A stretch of DNA of 64,000 nucleotides from positions 32,001 through 96,000 of IMG/VR virus record IMGVR_UViG_3300030117_007745. The stretch is one strand, 5' to 3'. The notes under the pieces are model-generated. The model was given only the letters and a program-made list of their open reading frames with translations. It had not been told where the DNA came from and did not search any database. The stretch is from a virus. Position numbers and translations under genes: made by a program. Shown one piece after another: positions 58,642-64,000 of the stretch (positions are counted from its first letter, which is position 1; each line of letters begins with the position of its first letter).

Positions 58642-59118
58642 TTATTTTGAATGCTTATCTGCAATTGAAGCAGCAGCGAAAGCGTAAGGCTTTATTCTAC
58701 ATTCGTAACCAGAGCCTTTAACATAGCCAACCAACATGTTGGCGAGATGACTAGTTCCTTCGTTATTTTCTTGAGGACTTATATCTAGATGAAGTTCTAA
58801 TTTTGCAGAGGGTATCAATTCTATAATGTTATTTGCTAAAATTATGGTATTTTCTGCTTCTTTTATCATTCTAATGCTTAATTCTGGAAATTTCTTCTTA
58901 TTTAGTCTAGTTTTTGTATAGAAATATCTACCACCTTGTTGATTATCTGCTCCATATAAACAGATAGCAGTAGAAAATATACATTTATTTTTTATAAAAA
59001 AAGAATCAGTACCAATATAAACAGTACCATTATACTTGCAGTGTATTTTAATCTGTTCTATAATATCATTAAATTGTATGATATCTTTAGAACCAGTATT
59101 CCAAGTAGTTTTTAACAT
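58642..59118 (-). CDS. YkuK/DUF458 RNase H-like protein
   Basis: YIGTDS, R...E, LELHLDI and IKP.A.AA..IADK. Confidence 0.87.
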   Translation of the reverse strand: MLKTTWNTGSKDIIQFNDIIEQIKIHCKYNGTVYIGTDSFFIKNKCIFSTAICLYGADNQQGGRYFYTKTRLNKKKFPELSIRMIKEAENTIILANNIIELIPSAKLELHLDISPQENNEGTSHLANMLVGYVKGSGYECRIKPYAFAAASIADKHSK

Positions 59119-59126
59119 GCTAATAA

Positions 59127-59141
59127 TAACTAGTAATTAGT
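59127..59141 (-). promoter_or_regulatory. Tandem candidate late-promoter motifs ACTAATTA / ACTAGTTA
   Basis: Two overlapping copies 9-23 nt upstream of the ykuK-like start. Confidence 0.45.
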
Positions 59142-59184
59142 TGTTTTGAGGGTAACACAGTAATTTTCCAAAGTCAAATAAAAA

Positions 59185-59529
59185 ATGAAAAAACAATCAA
59201 AAAATAAAAAAAGTTACAGCATTATTAGAAAGTTACGCAACGAAGGAAAACTACCAGAAGAAGCTGAAATATTTCTCTCTAACATATCATTAGAAGATTT
59301 GATCGGTTTAAAATTAGAATTGGCCAGTAAACCAATCGGAGGAAAGCTGTTTGGAATTCCAATTTGGAAATCAATACCATTTATTGTTAGAGATGCTCTT
59401 CTAAAAACTGCTATTTCAGTTTGCAAAACAAAAATAGAAGCTGCTAATTTCTTAGGAATGGATGTCGATAAATTAGACAAACTCCTCAGAAAGTATAATA
59501 CAAAAGATTTTTTTGAAAAAAACGATTGA
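59185..59529 (+). CDS. Protein with C-terminal Fis-type helix-turn-helix
   Basis: DALLKTAISVCKTKIEAANFLGMD...L.KLLRKY resembles the HTH_8 (Fis/NtrC) pattern AL......AA..LG.....L...L.KY. Confidence 0.6.
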   Translation: MKKQSKNKKSYSIIRKLRNEGKLPEEAEIFLSNISLEDLIGLKLELASKPIGGKLFGIPIWKSIPFIVRDALLKTAISVCKTKIEAANFLGMDVDKLDKLLRKYNTKDFFEKND

Positions 59530-59553
59530 CATATTATCATAAACCTGTATAGT
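59526..59553 (+). promoter_or_regulatory. Sigma70-type promoter (TTGACA-16 nt-TATAGT) for the structured RNA / tmRNA transcript
   Basis: -35 at 59526-59531, -10 at 59548-59553. Confidence 0.7.
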
Positions 59554-59560
59554 TATGATT

Positions 59561-59720
59561 AGGAAGTTGAAAGGCGTTACTTATAACAATAATAGAGGTT
59601 AACCTTCCAAGCCCTTAACGAAGGGGATAAATATTGAAGAAGGGATAGCACGACGGCTCTGCGAGTATCCGTTCGCTTTTTAACAATGCCCCCTCGTTGG
59701 CTTAGGATGGCGAGGGGGCA
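59561..59720 (+). ncRNA. Unassigned structured RNA upstream of tmRNA
   Basis: An 11-bp long-range stem (59566-59576 with 59674-59684) encloses three hairpins. A 10-bp GC-rich hairpin follows (59687-59696 with 59711-59720). No credible ORF. Confidence 0.5.
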
Positions 59721-59736
59721 AAGTTCTTTGAAATAT

Positions 59737-60061
59737 GGGGGTGTACAGGTTTCGACTGGGTAGTGAAACTAATGTGTGCAAGGCAGAGGGCAGCGAAGGT
59801 CTCTGTAAAAACGCTGAAATTAATAAGTGCAAATACTGACACTTACTCTGAATACGCACTAGCTGCGTAATCGGGGGTAGCCATACCTTCTTAACCAAAA
59901 TGGCATATGGTTTCTTATTTCCTAAAAATGAGTGGTGCGAAAGAAGGCTTGTGGAAAATAAATTGTCTGTGTTGTTTTCCAGTATTTTACAGACTAACCT
60001 TGTGAACGACTCATTAGCAGAGTTATTTAGGACGGGGGTTCGATTCCCCCCACCTCCACCA
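59737..60061 (+). ncRNA. ssrA: tmRNA (one-piece), tag ANTDTYSEYALAA
   Basis: 5' GGGGGTGTACAGGTTTCGAC and 3' GACGGGGGTTCGATTCCCCCCACCTCCACCA with a G3-U70 pair. Resume codon GCA at 59829; tag ends TAA at 59868-59870. Confidence 0.96.
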
Positions 60062-60079
60062 ACTTTTTATATTTTATCA

Positions 60080-60087
60080 ACTATTTA
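60080..60087 (+). promoter_or_regulatory. Candidate late-promoter motif ACTATTTA
   Basis: 5 nt upstream of the ATG at 60093. Confidence 0.55.
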
Positions 60088-60092
60088 CATTC

Positions 60093-61229
60093 ATGAGCAA
60101 TATACACAAAAATTGGAAAGAATTTATTATAAATGAGGCTGGTTTAAATAAAATTAGGCAAGATATGTCTGATTATGATACAGCCTTTATTACAGCATTT
60201 CGTGGCGATATAAATGACAAAACTATGTGCGTTTATACACCTCCTTCAGAAGAAGAACTATCCGAAAGAGATAAAATGGGAAAAAGAGGCAAGAGCAACA
60301 AAAGAAACAATAAAGAACTCTCAGCTTTTCTTCTTAGTCAAGGATACGGTATCAAGAATGTTCAAGGTTCTTATATTGAGAATTTTGGATCTATTGACCC
60401 AGAAAAGATCCCCAGAGAAGTTAAAGAAGCAAGTTTCTTTGTTACTAACTTAAAAAATGACCCTGAATTTGCGGAACAAATAATAAATCTTGGAAAAAGA
60501 TTTTGTCAGGATTCGGTCATTGTTGTTCCAAAGGGAGAAGAAGGATACATTTATGGAACAAACAAAAGTAAATACCCCGGACTAGACCAAAAAGAAACTG
60601 TTGGTAAATTTATGGGCGGCGAAACTGGAGAATTTATGTCTCGTATAGGTGGCCGGCCCTTTGTTATGAAGGAAGATGAAGAAACGCAGACATATGAGGA
60701 TTTTCCCGGAAAACAGAGGCAAGCCATAAAAATTATGGCCAATAGAACAGATAGAGAAATAAACGAAATGCACATGGTGTATAATATAAGTGAAGCAGAT
60801 TTATCAGCCTATGATAATAGCGGAAAGACCACTCTATATCATTACGCACCAGTTGATTCTGAAGATATAAAAGTTGATCCTAGTATGTTTGGAAAGCAAT
60901 CTTATTCTAGAAGAGAAAAAGAAAGGTCCACATATCCTAGATCTTTCTTTTATGTAAATTTAGATCAAGCCGAGAGTCAAGTAAAACAGGGCAGTACTCT
61001 ATATTCCCTTAACATTCCAACCAATAAGTTGTATAGTATAAAAAGTGATCCAGATGGGCTGGTAAAATCTATAAGGCATCCCACGTATGGTTTTAGAAAT
61101 GATATCGAATGGACTGAACTTTTTGAAACAATACATGAAAATTACCTTGGCGCTTATTATTCTACCCCCTCTATGGACCTTGTGGTTCTGTTTGAGCCAA
61201 TTACAGCGAGCAAGATGGAGAAAGAATGA
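60093..61229 (+). CDS. Two-domain protein (DUF3293-like N-domain, LYH-type possible ADP-ribosyltransferase-like C-domain), probable internal head protein
   Basis: ITAFR...N..L...GY...G.Y.E...E.SFFV...QDSV, then TLYHY...RSFFY. Leader NWKEFIINE and interdomain INE/ISE sites. Confidence 0.5.
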   Translation: MSNIHKNWKEFIINEAGLNKIRQDMSDYDTAFITAFRGDINDKTMCVYTPPSEEELSERDKMGKRGKSNKRNNKELSAFLLSQGYGIKNVQGSYIENFGSIDPEKIPREVKEASFFVTNLKNDPEFAEQIINLGKRFCQDSVIVVPKGEEGYIYGTNKSKYPGLDQKETVGKFMGGETGEFMSRIGGRPFVMKEDEETQTYEDFPGKQRQAIKIMANRTDREINEMHMVYNISEADLSAYDNSGKTTLYHYAPVDSEDIKVDPSMFGKQSYSRREKERSTYPRSFFYVNLDQAESQVKQGSTLYSLNIPTNKLYSIKSDPDGLVKSIRHPTYGFRNDIEWTELFETIHENYLGAYYSTPSMDLVVLFEPITASKMEKE

Positions 61230-61504
61230 AAACAGGTGACATAGTATTTCAGAATTACTCTGGGATACACAGATACGGAAAAGTTATCGAAAAAAAAGAA
61301 AATCTAAAAGGTGATGGCTGGGCTTGGTTTTCTATTAATTGGGTTAATGATGAAAAATATATTGATGCTCAAAAATGGAAAGCGAGACTAAGAGGTTTGA
61401 ATGATAACGCATACCTTCCAAAGTATTATCGCGCAGACGATATCCAACTAATAGACCTTAACAAAACACTAAGAACTCTAATAAATTTAAAAGAAGCGTC
61501 ATGA
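61226..61504 (+). CDS. Hypothetical protein (92 aa)
   Basis: ATGA overlaps on both sides. GDIV...GKV beta-barrel-like start. Confidence 0.72.
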   Translation: MKTGDIVFQNYSGIHRYGKVIEKKENLKGDGWAWFSINWVNDEKYIDAQKWKARLRGLNDNAYLPKYYRADDIQLIDLNKTLRTLINLKEAS

Positions 61505-62361
61505 AACAATATACACTTAGAAGCGGAGACAAAGGCCAAGAAGTTAAGAAATTACAGTTGGCCATCGGAAACCTATTAGCAGATGGTGATTTTGGCCCCG
61601 CTACCGAAAATGCTGTAAAAAACTATCAATCAAGCCACAACTTAGTTGCTGATGGAATTGCAGGAGTTAAAACTTTAACTTCATTAGAAATTCCAGTGGA
61701 AATAGGAGTAGATCTTAGCCGCCACAATGGCGATGTTGACTTCGAGACCATGGCAAGAGCAGGCGTAAAATACGCTTGGATTAAGTGCTCAGAGGGTACA
61801 ACGCACGTAAATCCGGGTTACGAATTAAAGTTTAGACAAGCTAGAGAAGCCGGCATACAGGTCGGTGGATATCATTTTTCTAGACCAGATACATATCCTA
61901 GTTTACAGGATGCTATTGATGAATCCCTCAACTTCCTAGGCGCTCTTTCAAAAGTTGGCTTTTATAAAGGAGACTTACTGCCTGTTTTAGACGTTGAAGA
62001 TGGATTAAAGACTGATGATAAGTATAATGTTGAATGGACGCTAAAATGGCTTGCATCTGTTGAAAAATCTTTAGGTGTTCGACCTGTAATATATACTGGA
62101 AAATGGGCCTACGATCTTTATTTAAGAAATGGAGACCCTGACCATCTACAAGAATTGAAGACTTATCCTCTTTGGGTAGCATCTTACAATGATGGAATAG
62201 AACCAGAAAGAATGGTTAGCCTTTGGGATGAATGGGATGTGTGGCAGTGGACAGGAGAAGGTCAAGTTCCCGGTGTTAAAGGAAAATGTGATATAAACTG
62301 GGCTGCTGGAGGTGTTTTGCCAACGCTGACTTATAAAAGAGAAATTAATATATGCGGCTAA
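61501..62361 (+). CDS. Endolysin: peptidoglycan-binding domain plus GH25 muramidase
   Basis: L..GD.G.EV..LQ, DGDFGP.TE.AV..YQ and DGIAG..T (PG_binding_1). GVDLS..NG, K.SEG, GGYHF, LDVED and WQWT (GH25). Confidence 0.93.
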   Translation: MKQYTLRSGDKGQEVKKLQLAIGNLLADGDFGPATENAVKNYQSSHNLVADGIAGVKTLTSLEIPVEIGVDLSRHNGDVDFETMARAGVKYAWIKCSEGTTHVNPGYELKFRQAREAGIQVGGYHFSRPDTYPSLQDAIDESLNFLGALSKVGFYKGDLLPVLDVEDGLKTDDKYNVEWTLKWLASVEKSLGVRPVIYTGKWAYDLYLRNGDPDHLQELKTYPLWVASYNDGIEPERMVSLWDEWDVWQWTGEGQVPGVKGKCDINWAAGGVLPTLTYKREINICG

Positions 62362-62630
62362 CATCTAAGAGAATAAGCAAACAAGATATAGACGAAGTTA
62401 AAGATTGGTCAGAGGATCACGCTCTTTATTGTTCTAAAATATGGGGAGTTGATTTTAATTTTGAGAAATATGATTCAGAGGTCCAAACTTTTTATATAAG
62501 AGACTTGCAGATAAAAGGTAGAGAAGAGTTACAATTTCGTCACTTATTTGAGCTAGAAGAGAAGATTCAAGCTAAGTTTGGCAAGAGATACAGAGTCGGC
62601 ATAATATACGAGAATGCGCCACTAGAATAG
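62352..62630 (+). CDS. Hypothetical protein (92 aa)
   Basis: ORF overlapping the endolysin stop. Confidence 0.68.
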   Translation: MRLTSKRISKQDIDEVKDWSEDHALYCSKIWGVDFNFEKYDSEVQTFYIRDLQIKGREELQFRHLFELEEKIQAKFGKRYRVGIIYENAPLE

Positions 62631-62642
62631 AAATGTGGGATA

Positions 62643-63380
62643 CTATAAGTCTGCGATGTCTGCTAAGTCTGTATCATCAGCTTCAGGAGGAGTTGTCTCG
62701 CCAGAAGGAATTCCGCCCGGAGCCTCAACAGATGGCTGGATTTCGTCTTCAAACTTCTTGAAATAAAGATCCAAGTTCATAAGTAGTCCATCATAAAATG
62801 CTTTAATATCTGATGAATTGTGCAAAGTCTTATAGGCTTCAACGATTTGAGTTTCAACTTTGTTAAACGTTTCATATGCCTTATCACGTCCAGTTAAATC
62901 TTCGCCCTCAATACCAAAGTCCTCTTTTCCTAATTCATCTTTATCTTTTCTTACATCTTTCATATCTTCCGGACTGTCAGAACCTATATCTATATCTATA
63001 TCTTCGCTCATTTGATCTGAGTTGTCCAAGGCCCTAAGAGGTGCTAATGTATTCTCAACGGCTTTTAGCATGTGTGCAGAGAAAGAATCTCTTTGTTCTT
63101 TTGAAGATGCCAATTCCTTATATCCCGTTTCTATTGTTTTGAGGATATTGTCAAATAATGTATTAAGAGTATTGAGACCAGTGTTGTCATAAGGAGAATC
63201 CTCAGTATCCCCAATTTCATCTTCCATAATAAGATTTCTTACGATTTTACGAAGTCTCATTTCTTCAGCTAAATATTGATCAGACTCTTTTTGTCTTCTA
63301 GATTCTACAATTTTTATAGCTTTGCGAACAAGCTTGCGAAGTCTGAGTTCTTCAACTATCTCTTCTCTATCAATATACAT
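62643..63380 (-). CDS. Acidic hypothetical protein with duplicated LRK(L/I)VR leader, probable internal head protein
   Basis: EELRLRKLVRKAI / EEMRLRKIVRNLIME repeat. AAGGAG RBS with the ACTATTTA motif upstream. Confidence 0.7.
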   Translation of the reverse strand: MYIDREEIVEELRLRKLVRKAIKIVESRRQKESDQYLAEEMRLRKIVRNLIMEDEIGDTEDSPYDNTGLNTLNTLFDNILKTIETGYKELASSKEQRDSFSAHMLKAVENTLAPLRALDNSDQMSEDIDIDIGSDSPEDMKDVRKDKDELGKEDFGIEGEDLTGRDKAYETFNKVETQIVEAYKTLHNSSDIKAFYDGLLMNLDLYFKKFEDEIQPSVEAPGGIPSGETTPPEADDTDLADIADL

Positions 63381-63402
63381 TTATTAGTTCTCCTTAATAA
63401 CC

Positions 63403-63410
63403 TAAATAGT
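63403..63410 (-). promoter_or_regulatory. Candidate late-promoter motif ACTATTTA
   Basis: Intergenic, 23 nt upstream of the ATG at 63380. Confidence 0.55.
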
Positions 63411-63415
63411 GTTGA

Positions 63416-64000
63416 TTATTTGCTTTTGTTCATCCTTTGTGTTTTTCTTTTGGATGCCTCTTTTCTTGTCTTGGCATAATCATACGCTTTTTTTAGGCGA
63501 GATTTAACCTTTGGGTCTTTTGCATTGTTGTAGGCAGCTCTTGACCTTTGGTGAATAAGATTAATAATTTGTGACTGTCTTTTGTGAGACTTGGATTTAA
63601 AACTAGCTTTTGAAAGAGTATCTTTTATATCTTGAACGGTGCTAAATTTCACAGATACAGTATCGGATGGATCTTCATCTGTGTATAATCTTCTACCGGA
63701 TCCCTTTGGTTTTTTGCCAGTTCCCTTTTTTGGTTCCTTGGCCTCATCTTGATGCATATGGGGCTCCATATAAGGTTTTCCGGACTTTTTATTCTTCTTT
63801 CTTTTCTTTGGCTTTGCCCCTAACGGCAATGAATAACCAGCTACAGAACCTCCAGCCATTGATGAAATCTCCCCTAATTCAATTTCGGTAGGCTCTAAAA
63901 TGTCTGGATTTACAACAAAAATCTTTTCAAACCCTTGTTTATAATCAGGAATGTCCCAAACTATATCAATATTCCTGTATGTAAAATCGTCCCACCTATC
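63416..64000 (-). CDS. Hypothetical protein, 5'-truncated by the right edge, with a very basic C-terminal domain
   Basis: The frame of ORF 63416..63859 stays open to 64000 (DRWDDFTYRNIDIVWD...LGEISSMAGG). The C-terminal domain includes GTGKKPKGSGRRLYTDEDP. Confidence 0.75.
   Translation of the reverse strand, partial: DRWDDFTYRNIDIVWDIPDYKQGFEKIFVVNPDILEPTEIELGEISSMAGGSVAGYSLPLGAKPKKRKKNKKSGKPYMEPHMHQDEAKEPKKGTGKKPKGSGRRLYTDEDPSDTVSVKFSTVQDIKDTLSKASFKSKSHKRQSQIINLIHQRSRAAYNNAKDPKVKSRLKKAYDYAKTRKEASKRKTQRMNKSK

Noticed and set aside
59687-59720. Rho-independent terminator
   Set aside because: The hairpin is strong but lacks a following U-tract on the plus strand and sits between the promoter and the tmRNA. 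It is treated as part of the structured RNA instead.
59680-60136. ORFs 59680..59898 (-) and 59900..60136 (+)
   Set aside because: They overlap the tmRNA, which explains the sequence.
61226-62630. Holin/spanin genes flanking the endolysin
   Set aside because: Neither neighbouring 92-aa ORF has a transmembrane segment or lipobox.

Overview
This window is a segment of a large, AT-rich, T4-related (contractile-tailed) jumbo-type bacteriophage genome read in the standard genetic code. Family calls below come from motif recognition only; no database searches were run. Bases 1-22.9 kb hold a minus-strand tail/baseplate module: a >2500-aa LamG/gp7-like protein running off the left edge (missed by the ORF track), a DNRLRE-type protein, gp6- and gp25-like wedge subunits, a 2824-aa SH3b-containing giant protein and a central spike split into two genes. 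Bases 22.9-53 kb form a ~30-kb, essentially gapless minus-strand run of 40 CDS that starts at a sigma70 promoter plus tRNA-Ile2 and ends in a gp55-like late sigma factor. Of these, 33 genes form a glycan locus with heptose-type, 3-deoxy and possibly C-branched sugar enzymes and six soluble glycosyltransferases, but no flippase, polymerase or lipid-carrier enzyme. An ACTANTTA motif, a candidate late promoter, appears just after the sigma gene and in front of several other genes. Bases 53-60 kb form an accessory block: PIN-PhoH, a lipoprotein trypsin-like protease, ClpP, a secreted CxxCH cytochrome-c-like protein, a tubulin/FtsZ-family GTPase, a YkuK RNase H-like protein, a Fis-like HTH protein, tRNA-Leu(UAA), tRNA-Arg(UCU) and a tmRNA (tag ANTDTYSEYALAA) preceded by an unexplained structured RNA. 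Bases 60-64 kb hold a GH25 endolysin and probable internal head proteins. The best candidate for an undescribed system is the glycan operon wired to the late-transcription switch, likely a virion (or DNA) glycosylation pathway using unusual sugars.
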